From Ruditapes philippinarum (Eukaryota): 64,000 nt of DNA. Made by a program: the position numbers and the translations under genes. The stretch covers positions 1 through 64,000 of the forward strand of contig NW_026866843.1 of assembly GCF_026571515.1 (NCBI RefSeq). Reading direction: 5' to 3'. The notes under the pieces were generated by a model. The model made no database searches and was not told where the DNA came from. It worked only from the letters and a program-made list of their open reading frames with translations. Shown here in pieces: positions 37,413 through 49,784 of the stretch; positions within the stretch are counted from its first letter, which is position 1; each line of letters begins with the position of its first letter.

Positions 37413-38445
37413 ATTATGTATAAGACAAAAATGGCAAAAAATGAAAAAAAGTCCTTGATATTTGGAGCCAGGACCCTGCTGAATTTCCTGTCATAAAACT
37501 CCTTTAGCCACAAACACTGCTGCCTTGATGCACTTTGCTTTTTCAATAATTCCGTGAGAATGTGTTTTTCTGTGAATGCAAATTAATATAAGGGGAAAGC
37601 TAAAATATAACAACCAACATAACTCTGAATTTCATGCTTATCTCTCACATCTTTTTTTTAGTTATCTCTCTCATATCTTTATTTGGTTATCCCTCTCATA
37701 TTAATGAAGCATTGTATCTAGCTTTAAATCATTGTATCTTGATTTTAATCATACGCTCAACTGTATATCTGACAGATTGATCTACATGCCCACTAAAATT
37801 GAATTGTATTGTGTTGTCGTTTCTAAAAAGTAGTGTCTAGTTAAAAATTAACCTCTGCACTCTTTTATCTTATATTTAAACCAAAGTATGCCACTGTAAA
37901 CGCATGTAAAACGTTTAACACCAGCGCATTAAGCATGACGATAGTCTTTAATGCAATAGACAACGGAACATGTTGAAGGATGGTTAAATTTGAAATATTT
38001 CATATACTCGTACATTGTAATTAGTTAAAAAGAGAAAATAACAATTTCTAAAGAGAACGGAAGTCCATAATACTTTACATAACTAAACATAATCTGAATA
38101 AAGATATTCAAGTATGTTACATATGCTGGCATTTGATGAGATTTGGATTTCTCTTTCTCCTATAAGAACGTTGATAATACTTTATGAAGTATCTACCTAG
38201 CGAGATAAATGAGAAAAATTCTGAGTCTGAAAATGACACATTTATTCATATGACACGTGCAAAAAAGTATCATCTATCCTTGAAAATAAGATGGGGTTAA
38301 ACATTCTGTTTGCATGACTATAAGACTTAAACATTAGAAAGGTACAATACATTTCATTAGATTGAAAATCTGATGTTAAAATAGCGAGTGAAAATAAACA
38401 ACAATATTACACGGTCTTAAACCGTCGGTTTGTGACAATGACATT

Positions 38446-39129
38446 GGGATACGGACACAAGCCCCTCCAGGAAGAAAGCCCCCCCCCCCCCCACAACGGA
38501 CACAAGCCCTTCGCAGATGAAAGCCCCCCCCTCATCTAAAAATGACAAAACCCCCCACTCCCGTGAAATTTACACATAGGACAAAAGCCCCCCCCCCCAT
38601 TAAAAATACAGGTAGGACAAAAGCCCCCCTCCCCAGTCATGAAACATTGCTATTGAGAATCTTGTCAACTTAATGTATTGAGACAAGTCAAATGCAATTG
38701 TTTTAAAAGATAATTTACATTAAGATTTAAATTTAAAGGTACTAAAGTTCTAATTTGATTTATTGTGTTATTCTTATATAATTCATTGATGATATGAATG
38801 TTTTTATGTTTATTATACATGTAAATTGTACAGTACAAATGTAAATGAATATTTTCAGAGAATCATTTATCAACTCTTATCAAGGAAATAAAATGTGGGA
38901 AGGCGCATACTTGTCTAGATTTATTTGAAATATAACCAAAGTTCCTAACACTGGGCGTGTGAAAAAAGATAATTATCAGTCTGGTCTATAAATCTTAGGG
39001 AGGCTTTTGTTTGCTGGACGGGGGGGGGGGAGGGGGCTTTTTTGTCCTACCGTAAAATTTAATGGAGGGCTTTTGTCCACCCTTGTTATTTTTTTAGAGG
39101 GGGGGGGGGGAGGGGGTTGTCCTACACTT
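38446..39129. mobile_element. Mutator (MULE)-type MITE with GGACAAAAGCCCC subterminal repeats
   Basis: Inverted subterminal motif arrays; 9-bp TSD aatgacatt (38437-38445) and aataacatt (39130-39138; exact in the paralog at 59943-59951). Confidence 0.8.
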
Positions 39130-39169
39130 AATAACATTCCACCTATGCGAATTGATATAAGCTTGTCCA

Positions 39170-39990
39170 CCTCTCCTCAAGTAAAATCTATCACCTATGA
39201 AGTTTCAAGTTGATACCTCAAAATACTTTTTGAGATAAGCTGCGGACAAAAAAAGCTTATGAAAAAGAACAAAGGGCAAGAACTCAAAAATTATATAGGG
39301 AAAAGCTCTATCATTTCTTCACACAGCATTCGTCCTCAATAAGATCTATCCACCTATGACATTTCAGGTTGACATCTCAAACAACTTTTGAATTATTGCT
39401 ACACTCAGGTGAAAAATTAAAGTATGAAAAATAACAAAGAGGCAATAATTAAAAAATTACTGAAAGGGTAGAGTTATCATTTCTTATGCACTGCACACCT
39501 CCTGAGTGAGATCTATGCACCTATGAAGTTTCATGTTGATATCAAATACTTTTTGAGTTATGCTCTGGACAAAAATTAATTTTGAAAGAATACAAAGGGC
39601 AATAACTCAAAAATTATGCATGGTAGAGTTATCAGTCTTGTGCACTGCACTCCTCCTCAATGAGATCCACCCACCTATGCAGTTTCAAGTTGATATCTCA
39701 AATACTTTTGGAGAGAAGCTCCGGACAAAATAGTATGAAGAAGAACAAAGGGCAATAACTCAAAAATTGTATATGGAAGAGTTATCATTCTTGTGCACAG
39801 CATTCCTCCTCAATATGATCTTTCCACCTATGACATTTCATGTTGACATCTCAAACACTTTTTGAGTTATGCTCCACTCAGGTGAAAAATTAAGAATGAA
39901 AAATAACAAAGGGCAATAAATCAAAAATTATGAGAGGTAGAGTTATCATTCTTGTGCACTGCACACCTCCTGAGTGAGATCTATGCACCT
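39170..39990. repeat. Satellite-like array of ~155-165-bp units with trimeric higher-order structure
   Basis: Units start near 39175, 39334, 39501, 39655, 39808 and 39969. Confidence 0.85.
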
Positions 39991-41109
39991 TTTTTATTCG
40001 TTTTTTCTACTCTTTAGCTCATTTAATCGTTAATACATGAAATATTATCGTTATCTATATTGAATTAACCTGTATATGTTGACCCGATATGTTCGCTCTG
40101 GTCCGTGTTTGCAAATGACCTAATTCACGAAATTAATAGTCTTTGGCTTGGAATTAACGTTGGTTCTATGATGGTATCTACATTATTATACGCGGATGAC
40201 ATAGCGCTGATCTCAGACTCAGAAATAGATTTACAGCAGATGATTGATGTTGTACATAAATCGTGCAAACGGTGGCGCGTCTTAGTAAATACTAATAAGT
40301 CTTAATGTGTCCATTTTCGTAGAGGACCTAGACAGCGCTTTGAATTTATTTTCAGAGTTAGTGAAAATGTTCTAGAGACTGTTGATCATTATAAATATTT
40401 GGGCATAGTTTTTGATGAGAAAATAAACTTTAATCTTAATAGTGAATCCCTATCTAAAGGTGCTGGAGAGCTTTAGTAGCATAAATCTGGTTAAATCACA
40501 TCCTAAATTAACACATTTGGGAAAAACTGGTAGGCAGTTGTTGTGAGTCCGATATTTGGAGTTAATGGGGCCTCCTCGTGGGGCTTCAGATCGTACCGAT
40601 TAGTTGACAATGTCGTCATCACCGTGCGGCTAAGATACTTTTTTGATGTAACATAGGAAGTTTGCAACCACTCGTAGCCCATGTCATGGAGATTCAGGCA
40701 TGGCTACCAAGCTGTTTTCAGACAGAAACTGCCTTATACGATTTTGTAACAGGTTGAACATTATCAATTCCGGATGAAATACTGACCAAAAAAGTGTTCT
40801 AGTTTTTATATATATGATTTTGAGAATTTGGCCCCCTATAATATGCTAGAGGCATTTTGTAGTACAAGTGGTATCTTGGTGTATTTTACTTATTTAAGGT
40901 ATGCTGGATCCGATAAAGGTGGATACCAAATTGAAAAACTTGATCTTGACCATTGAAATGGCCATTTAAATTGACCACGAAAATGGCCTTCAAAGTTCTT
41001 TCTTATAAACATATTTAGGGTTTATCTGACACTCAGATGCCTACTTACGCACAGCGATATATGTGTGAGGAGGTTAAAACGTGTGCATGCAAATTTTAGG
41101 CCCCTTTTT

Positions 41110-41830
41110 TGAGTACTCTTCGGTTATGGTGTTCGTCGTCTTCGTTCTTCTGTTATCGGTTCTTGTCGCAGTTTCTCTGCTGTCAGATCTTCTGTTATTG
41201 GTCGTGACTTTCGTTCTTCTGATATTGGTCCTCGTCGCAGTTCTCTTGTTGTCAGTTCCTCTGTTATTGGTCGTGATTTTCGTTCTTCTGTAATCGGGCC
41301 TGGTCTCAGTTCTTTTGTTGTTAGATGTTCTGTTATCGGTTCTCGTCTCTATTGTAATCGATTCTCCTCTTTGTTCTTCTGTCATCCGTTTTCGTCTCTA
41401 TTCTTCAGTCCTGGTCTCCGTTTTCTTGTTGTCAATTCTTCTGTTATCGTTCATCGTCTCTGTTTTTCTGTTATAAATCCTCGTTTCCGGTGTCTTGTTG
41501 TCAGTTCTTCTGTTATCGGTCCAAGTCCTGTTCTGTTATCGACTCTCGTCTTCATCCTTCTCCGTTACCGTCATCGGTTCTCGTCTCTTTTCTTCTGTAA
41601 TCAGTCCTAGTCTCTGTTTTCATGTTGTCAATTCTTCTGTCATCGGTGTTGTCTCTGTTATCGATCCCTGTCTTCATTTTTCTGTCATCAGTCCTCGTCT
41701 ATATTATTCTGTTATCGATTTTCGGTCTTGTACTTTCGGTACTTGTTTCCTGTTCCGTTATGGTCTTCTCTTATTTCTGTCGTTGCCGTCATTCTGTGTC
41801 GATGTCCTGGTTTTGTCAATCTTGTAGTCA
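41110..41830. repeat. Degenerate minisatellite array (ttcttctgttatcggtc-type units)
   Basis: Dozens of ctgttatcg/ctgtcatc motifs; produces spurious ORFs. Confidence 0.85.
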
Positions 41831-41842
41831 TTTATTCGTTCA

Positions 41843-41921
41843 GTGGAGTAGCGGGGGATCGAACTCACGACCCCTTGATTTGTAGGCAGATAGTGTTACC
41901 ACTACACCATAGCGCCCGCTC
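41843..41921 (-). mobile_element. tRNA-like Pol III head (SINE-type) attached to the minisatellite array
   Basis: A box TGGTGTAGTGG, B box GAGTTCGATCC; acceptor stem does not pair. Confidence 0.7.
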
Positions 41922-42867
41922 TGAATAATAACCATTTTTGAAAATCCTTTATACATAAAATACTATTTCAATGGCTAACAAAGGGTGTATTACAATTATA
42001 TTTTAACACCTCTATTATGTAGCCAACCCACGTGACTTTTATATATGGTCAAAGAAAATATTACTCGATTTATAACAAATAATATTTTTATAGATAACTT
42101 TGTTGTTACTTTAAGATATCCTGGAAATTTATAAGAGGGTACCCGGAATGATGTGATAATCATCGTGTGGAATTTTCTCAAAACCGTGACTGAATTCCGA
42201 AATTTTCGAGCGCTGACATAGTATAGCAAACACACGTAGCAATTTGCCGGTTTCAGACATTTAATGACTCGATGAAAACATGGTGTTGTTATTGTTGTTG
42301 TTGTTTTTAACTTTAAATTTCAAATTAAATAGTCACTTATTTTTAAACAAGATGGTAAGCTTAAATATGCCCAAATATCATCAAGAGCAGTTTTGCATGT
42401 GGAAGGAATGTATAATTCAGACTGTACAAATGAAACAAAAAAAAAAAAAAAAAAAAAAAAAGAGACGATATTACCTGATTGGTAATTTAGATCAATAGAA
42501 GTAAGTTTTCTTCTTTTTATTGCTTTTGACATTTAAGTTATTTATCAATTTCAGCATTGCTTTTCTCGAAACAGCATGACATTGTCAGAATTGTCAGCAA
42601 AAACAAAATTGAGGTACCACATGGGGAAAATCTTAAGAAAGTAGTTTCGTCATTGAAAAGTGTGAAATTATATTTTGATAATTTTCACTGTGAAATTATC
42701 AAATATAATTTTCACGGATAAATCAGTTATCCACTAAAAAGCAAAAAATAAAAGAACTATGAAACTTATGTTAGTAAAAGTCATATATGCTAAAAATGTT
42801 AACGTCATCGTTACTTCCGCAGTAGCACAGCCGGTTAAGTGATTGACTGATGTGTAAGATTCGTTTT

Positions 42868-43005
42868 TACGAGATAATAATTCCCAAATAGAAATATTAT
42901 TTCGTTTTAACGAAATATAAAATCTTAATTACGAAATATTGATTCGTTATTACGAAATATTATTTCGTTATTACGAAATATTAATTTGTTATTACGAAAT
43001 ATTTA
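42868..43005. repeat. 21-bp palindromic tandem repeat acgaaatattatttcgttatt
   Basis: About 6 degenerate copies. Confidence 0.75.
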
Positions 43006-45214
43006 TTCTTTGGTAATATTTATAAGCTAAGTTTATTGTTCAATATAAGTCAAGTAAATAAAACATTAAATTTAAGTGATTTTTTTTTCAATCCTTAAAA
43101 CCTTAACGTGCTAGTAAAACAGTACTGTGTATACTGTTAATTGAGCCATTAGGCTTATAATCGCTATATTTGGTGGCCAATCTCATTAAAATCTGATCAT
43201 ATTGAATAATCATTTGATTTTGACAAGAATAATAAATTGCAGCATATTGTATCATAGTTTTAATGACCTATTTTAGTATTTTTAAGCGGCCATTTTGAAT
43301 TGACCTTTTGAAGGTCAAGGTCAATTTTATTTTCTTGGTATCCACACTCATCGTCTTCAGCATACCCATATTAGGTTAAAACACTCAAGATACCACTTGT
43401 ACTATAAAATGCCTCTAGCATTCATATTTTCTTAAAATCAGCCCTGTCTAACATGTGAAAATTTGTCTTCAAATATAAAAAAGATTTTTAATGAAAGCAC
43501 TTTACAGATTTAACAACAGTTAGTCTGTCTTCTGCTAGAGATAAAATACGAGACCTGTACTGTAATAAATGGCAGTGCAATCATGTAGCAAACTTCGTTC
43601 ATATAAACTGTTTAAAGATATCTTTGATAAGGAAGATTATGTTTCATTTAATTTAAGAAAACATGAACGGTCACTTTAATGGTCAGTTCAGATTTGGCAT
43701 TTTACTTATACGTATTGAGACTGGGTATTTCGTTGGAGAAGCAGTGGAAGACAGAGTTTGTCGTTTTTGTGAAAGAATGGAAGTATAGGTTGAGACTCAC
43801 TTTTTGTTATCATGTGCTATTTATAGACACATAAGAAACGATATATTTGTTGATGTTGACTGTATTCAGGACATGAATATAACCATTTCTGAAAAAGTAC
43901 GTGTATTGATGACTGATCATATAAGAAAGACAGCCAAATATATAATGAAAGCTTACTTGATTAGACGAAGTATACTTTACTCTTAAATTATTAAAATAAT
44001 TTAGGCTTTGCATTTCAACAAGAACTATTTTACTGTCATACTTTCATATTTATAATTCGGTGTTGTTTTACCATAACCATTTCTCTTACGTTATCTGTCA
44101 TATCATTCAAAGTTATATGATTAATGTTATTTATTATAAAATGTGACTAATAAGTCCATTGGGTCGGGTGCAAAATTCTTTGTTAAAATTTATTGTATTG
44201 TAAATAAATGTTCATTACATATGTCACTATAATAGACAATTATCAATTACATATTTTTGAAGCGTATAGTTACACTATTAATAATCATCCCCATAACGCC
44301 TACTTTACATACAAAGGTCCCGTTTAAGCTTTCGTTGTATCTTGATATATTAGCGATACTGGTAAAAAACGGTATTGCAAATTGAATAGTAATGTATTCT
44401 TTTGAATTGTATAGTACTGTATTGTATTGTATTATCTTTTACTGTCATTGCCGGCTCCCTGTAGGCATTATTAATGCTTGCGTTTTAAGTGACTTATTTC
44501 TCTACATTAATGCATGTTAACGGAAGACGGACAAAACCCCATCAGTTAAAACCCCACCACCTTTAATTTTATAGAGTGGACAAAACCCCACAACTAAATT
44601 TTACAGAGCGGACAAACCCCACCACTTCAGTTTTGTAGAGTGGACAAACCCCACACTTACCAATTATTGGACAGGATTTGATGAATTAAATTATATATAG
44701 TGTACACATTTTTTCACGTTTTATTATTTCTTAATTTCAATATAACATGTGTGTAATTTAAGAATGAACAATTTTATTAACAATGCATGTACATCTTGAA
44801 TGTGCAATATGCAAAAAAGGTGTTACAAACTTTACATCCAAATCCCTGAAGAACAAAACATGATAATTATAGCATATATAACATAACATAACATGACATA
44901 AATTTTATTTAACATAAAATTGTAAACATACAATTTATAGTCAAATCATATTCTGTATAGTGTAAAGTGTTACAAGTTACAATTAGCCGAGAAGTATTGT
45001 TAACCAGTATGAACAAATGTTATGATATATATAACAGAATTTGCATTTGAAATAATTATAAATGTAAGAAACAAATGTACTTTAACAAAGAAGAAAAAAA
45101 TATTTGTTAACGTTGCCGAGAACTATTGTTGACAAATATAAACAAAGGTTACGGCATAATTGCATAAAAAATACTTATGCATGTACACAGTAGAACGAGA
45201 TTTGTTCACGTGCT

Positions 45215-46079
45215 GACCTTTTCACGATCTGCGTAGTCCTTAAATTTTACAACGATCGGTCGTGGTCGTTTGGATCGTATTCCTCCTAGTCTGTGGGCTC
45301 TATCAAAGACCATATCATTTACTTCCAAATCAACGGTTTCCCTGATAAGGTCTTTGACAAGCTTATCGCAATCTTCCGGCTCTCATTTGGCTTAGGGGGT
45401 TCGGGTTCGTTCAGGCCATAGAATATTAGGTTTGATCTCATTGTTCTTACTTCTAAATCTAGCAGTTTATCTTGTACATTTTCCGCTTGTTTCTGGAGTG
45501 TATGATCGTATTCTGCTAAATCAATGCATTTGTTTTGTAAAGCATTAACTTGTTCCCTTGACTCCTGTAATTCACTTTTTTGATTTTCGAAAGCTGAATT
45601 AATGAATGCTAATGAGTTTTCTGCCTCTGTGCTTTTCGTTTCCAGATTTTTAACTTTTATTACAAAATTACTCATTTGAAATTGTATTGTTTTCACTGAT
45701 TTATCAATTTCGTCTTATTTGGGTAAAGCATTTTTTATCATTTTAACATCTTCATTTATCACTTTCACGCTTTCTATAAGGGAGTGAGCCCAAATAGGGG
45801 GTGATGTATCGGAGTCCCAATATTTGTAAATCCAAGTCCTGGATATTGTCCCAAGTTTAAAACCGGAGAAGCGCCGTTTTGATTCATTACAGAATGCACG
45901 TAGTCAATACTATTATTTAATCCGATCGTGTGATGAGTTGGTGCACTACACGTTATGCTTTGTGAACACGGGTTTAAATGGCTGTCTATATCCAAATCTG
46001 GTGAAGCACTAGCTTTTCTTTTTTCTGCTCGTTTTAGCTTTTTTCTTTGAGTTTTTGTCAGATTAAGGTTTTCAGACAT
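45215..46079 (-). pseudogene. LINE ORF1 fragment (coiled coil plus L1-ORF1p-like RRM), disrupted and 3'-truncated
   Basis: Coiled coil followed by DLEVRTMRSNLIFYGLNE and DRAHRLG...RPRPIVVKF. Confidence 0.75.
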
Positions 46080-46660
46080 TAGACCTGCTATTTAGCTTCA
46101 CTTTGATACAAAAATTCAAGAAATCATCCAATTGTTTTAATAGGAAAAATTGTAAATTGAGAGAGAAAAATCACGTGTTACACTATACACAATGACCGTA
46201 TACATTATCCCATATATATAGCATTTATTTCAATAGCAATATAATACAATGAATAAGATTACACAAACAATTTACAAACTGTTAGATCAACATCAAAGAG
46301 CAGTCATTTATTTGAGACTGTGCCACATGGAAGACGGGCAAAACCCCACCAGTTAAAACCCCACCACTCAAAATTTCATATAGTGGACAAAACCCCACCT
46401 CTAAATTTAATAGATTGGACAAAACCCCACCACTAAATAAATGCCACATTTATGACGTTGAATAATCCATTATTATTAGATTTTTTTCAAATTCATTTCT
46501 TCAATTTTTTTATATATAAAATAAACTACTTACTATAAATCAAGAATATAGCACCTTTTCATCACTTATTGATTAAAAATGTCCTTGAATAGCACATTTT
46601 TATAGCACATTTCTAAGTTATTCAGTTGAGTCTTTTCTCCTTCATTGTACTTCATTGTAC

Positions 46661-46940
46661 TTAATTTAAGCGGAAACAGTGGCCGATAGCCTGAAGAAAC
46701 TCAGGTACAGTCTTCTCCTTGTTGATGAGTTGTTCACACATTCTTTTGAGTTTCTGCTGATGCACAATTGTTTGTTTTTTAACACGTTAACAAGAAAGTT
46801 CACCACGTTGATACTTGAGCTCCTCTGTTTCTACAATGGCACAGTCATTTTGGAGACAGTTTATGACTGTCCAGATAGATGGGTTAGAGTGGCCAACTAA
46901 AACTCAGAACCCATTATTCCAGGACTCACAGACATTGTCG
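46661..46940 (-). pseudogene. C-terminal fragment of a MULE transposase
   Basis: Hand translation NVCESWNNGF*VLVGHSNPSIWTVINCLQND...EFLQAIGHCFRLN* with two internal stops. Confidence 0.75.
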
Positions 46941-47196
46941 TGGGGTTTTGTCCACTCTATAGAACTGAAGTTGTGGGGTTTTGTCAACTCTGTAAAATTT
47001 AGTGATTGGGTTTTGTCCACTCTTTAAAATTTAGTGGTGGGGTTTTGTCCACTCTAGAAAAATAAAGGTGGTAGGGTTATAACTGGTGGGGTTTTGTCCT
47101 ACATTCCATGTTAACATACCTTATCCGACCGGTGTTAACTCTATCTCTCGTTAATTGTTAAAAGTCAATGCTATAATAATTACTACAAATGTTTTG

Positions 47197-47381
47197 TTTA
47201 GGAAATAGATATCAATTCTGAGTGCATTGTTGTAGAATAATGCACGGTTTGAGTTCAAATGCGTAGTTATATAATCACGAAGGCCGATAGGCCTGAGTGA
47301 TTAATCACAAAGCATTTTAACGAAAAGTGTGCATTATTATACAACAATGCACGAAGAATTAATGTCTAATTTCCATTCTAA
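47197..47381. repeat. ~185-bp imperfect palindrome (interspersed repeat end)
   Basis: gtgcattgttgtagaataatgcac ... gtgcattattatacaacaatgcac around the core aggccgataggcct. Confidence 0.7.
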
Positions 47382-48159
47382 CACGTCAAGAAAAAAATAT
47401 AATTATTATTATAACGTTGGACTTTATGTTTGGTGGTTGAATTTGTTTTCGCCTCAGAGTTTCCAATAGAAACGTTATTTAAAGGCCGTTCCAGTGGGTT
47501 GAAAAATAACTGTCGTTAAATCTACCGTGTGTAGAAACATTTTGAAAATAACGAATTTTGAAAACGTTGATACAACTTTGTTTGTTTATTTATTTCAGTT
47601 TATTATTTTCCAAGCGAAATACAAATTATTAAAAGTGAAATAAATGTAAAACTAAACTTGTTTCCGACATTAAAATAGCGTGCTTGATTTGATTGTTTTG
47701 CACGTGCTGTTTGGCGCACGTAAACAACACTTTACACGTCTGTAAACAACTGTAACCGAAATCTGCGTATAAACTGTAACAAAATCGAACCAAAGTCGCT
47801 TGGTCTATACTGAAACCCTGCAAAACTCACCTCGCTCTATACTGTAACATTGTTTATTTTTTCAAACGCATTTTACGAACAGGAAAATAAGTTCAGCTGG
47901 TTATTTACTTTTATAAACGTTACTAAACACAATTAAAGGACTAACGTTGTGTAGGTTAAATTTTTGTAGGCATGCTTAAATAATGTCGGAATGAGAGAAA
48001 AATGCGTTGGTCTCTCGATTCAATTTTTCAAACTGGCAAATCTGCATATATATGATGAAATATAGAGAAAAATCTGTGGTGCAGAATCTGAGAAAATGTA
48101 TGACTACATACCGGATCCAGTTCCTTATAAGCAAAGCACAAAACATCATTTAGAAACTA

Positions 48160-48355
48160 AACTACTTTTAGTATGGATCGTGCCTAGCCAGCTTAGAATT
48201 CCTGAAAAGCATTTGTTCACTATATTTAGTAATGCTCTGCTAGATTGCCTAGCCAGCTTAGCATTCCAGCAGAGCATTTTTACACTGTATTTAGTAATGT
48301 CCTGCTAGATTGCCTACCCAGCTTAGCATTCCAGCAGAGCATTTTTACACTATAT
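48160..48355. repeat. 65-bp tandem repeat, left part (continues at 57488-57660)
   Basis: tgcctagccagcttagcattcc recurs at 48181, 48246 and 48311. Confidence 0.85.
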
Positions 48356-49710
48356 TGTAGTACCCGTACCCCACCCACTGTTTTTTCCATTACGTTGTAT
48401 TTTTTCTGAGGTTTCATAATATTCATTTATAATCAAAAGATAAATTAGGTATTGCATATCAAGTAGATGGTTACCTTTTATCTGTCTGAAGATTTAAAAT
48501 AGTTAATACTTATTGTTCTGCTGCATATTTTCAGTAAATATTTTTTACCCTAGTCAATATTGTATTTACAGCGGCCATATTGTTCCGGTCTCGTTTTTTC
48601 TCATCAGACGTTATTTGTTCGTTAGCGCTATTTTTAGCTCAAAAGTTATTCACCCACCAAATTTGAATTAATAAATTCATTTAAAGGTAATTATAGACAT
48701 TCTTGTTAGCAACTTTATGATAAATTGTTCATTTAATTATTATTCATTTCTGTGTATTTACATGTATAAGATTTTGTATGCATTTGTTGCAACGTTACAC
48801 AGTTACACGCCTGACATTGTTGGAGACCCTTTGGTGCCTCTTCCAGCAATGTTGGAACGTCCAACAGCGTTCGTTGGGATGTTGGACTGTTGGAAATTGT
48901 AGGGGCTATATATAGGCGTGGTCGGCCATTTTGGGGCACTTCCACATTTTCAACTTTTAAGAGCGCCATATTCTTCAGTATCTTTGATTTGTTTTAAGGT
49001 TTAATTAAAATCTGGAATCGTATTACTTCGGAAACTCAAGTAAAGGTAGATAGCTTGTTTTTTTAATGCATATGGTGCTCATTTATTAATTTTAAAGATT
49101 AGTTTTGAGTTTTGTAGGCACTTGATATAATACTAAGATAGATATTTTTTTTAATTACTTCAGTTCAGAATTTTCTAAAAATGTTTATAGATTTAAATAC
49201 TTAAGCCTGTTGTAGATTCTATATTATAAGTTTCTGCTTTATAGATATGTGTTGGTCACACATAGCCCCCGCGCGGAATTTAGAAAACGTGTATTTCTTT
49301 TAACTTCGGGTTTTTCTTATTTTTTTTGTTAACGAGTTGCCATAACTGAATGTGTTATTTCTTTATGATCTTCTTCAGAATATTTGCTTCAATATTGTTA
49401 AGGCATCTTTAAAATAAATTTTAAAATTGTCAGAGCATCTTATTTTTTTGTCCAGTCATAATTAATATTTCAATCTTTAGTTTGTGGAAGTCACACCCCT
49501 CCCCCCTTTTATCCTGAGAATGCTGTAGACCGGGAAGGCATTACAGCTGCGCACTGGCAAGCTAGCAAACGTGCATATATATTTTTAAACGTCATCGCCG
49601 TCTGTTAGCTAGCCAAGTAGCCCCCACATCCTACATCTGAACAGCAAGCAAAGCAAGATACCTCACAGCGCTACCAAGTGGCCCAGACTAGAGTACTCAG
49701 GCTCGTAACA
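48356..49710 (+). repeat. 5' LTR (1355 bp)
   Basis: TGTAGTAC...GTAACA; roughly 30 differences from the 3' LTR counted by eye; TATA-like box near 48907; AATAAA at 49413. Confidence 0.95.
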
Positions 49711-49718
49711 TAATTTTG

Positions 49719-49736
49719 TGGTGGCAGCGGTGGGAT
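49719..49736 (+). promoter_or_regulatory. Primer-binding site complementary to the tRNA-Leu 3' end
   Basis: TGGTGGCAGCGGTGGGAT is the reverse complement of ATCCCACCGCTGCCACCA, the 3' end of tRNA-Leu(AAG/UAG). Confidence 0.88.
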
Positions 49737-49784
49737 CCTTTGAAGAAGATACTGGACCAAAAGTGACATCTGAACCTTGAAGCC

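Larger units (their letters stand above)
40815..43447. mobile_element. TIR DNA element (~170-bp imperfect TIRs) carrying nested repeats
   Basis: atgctagaggcattttgtagtacaagtggtatcttg (40843) versus caagataccacttgtactataaaatgcctctagcat (43386); absent from the paralogous LINE copy at ~61930. Confidence 0.75.
40085..44250 (+). mobile_element. Degenerate 5'-truncated CR1/L2-group LINE (RT C-terminal part), split by an insertion at ~40815-43447
   Basis: LLYADDIALISDS...KRWR...NTNKS, YKYLG, KLRSYKLFK, RIETG, ETHFLLSC. Confidence 0.8.
44522..47106. mobile_element. Composite MULE element (two left ends, one right end) with 9-bp TSD
   Basis: Ends GGAAGACGGACAAAACCCC and GGGGTTTTGTCCTACATTC; TSD catgttaac at 44513-44521 and 47107-47115; second left end at 46329. 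Confidence 0.8.

Noticed and set aside
41843-41921. Possible tRNA-Val(TAC) gene
   Set aside because: A and B boxes are present, but the acceptor stem does not pair and it is fused to a repeat array; treated as a SINE-type head.
41074-41928. Several overlapping 66-110 aa ORFs
   Set aside because: Produced by the stop-poor minisatellite in multiple frames.
48160-48355. CRISPR-like regular repeats (also 39170-39990 and 42868-43005)
   Set aside because: Head-to-tail tandem units with no unique spacers, no cas genes, and a eukaryotic context.
48717-48969. Duplicated small ORFs (also 56488-56740)
   Set aside because: Duplicated only because they lie in the LTRs; no coding features.
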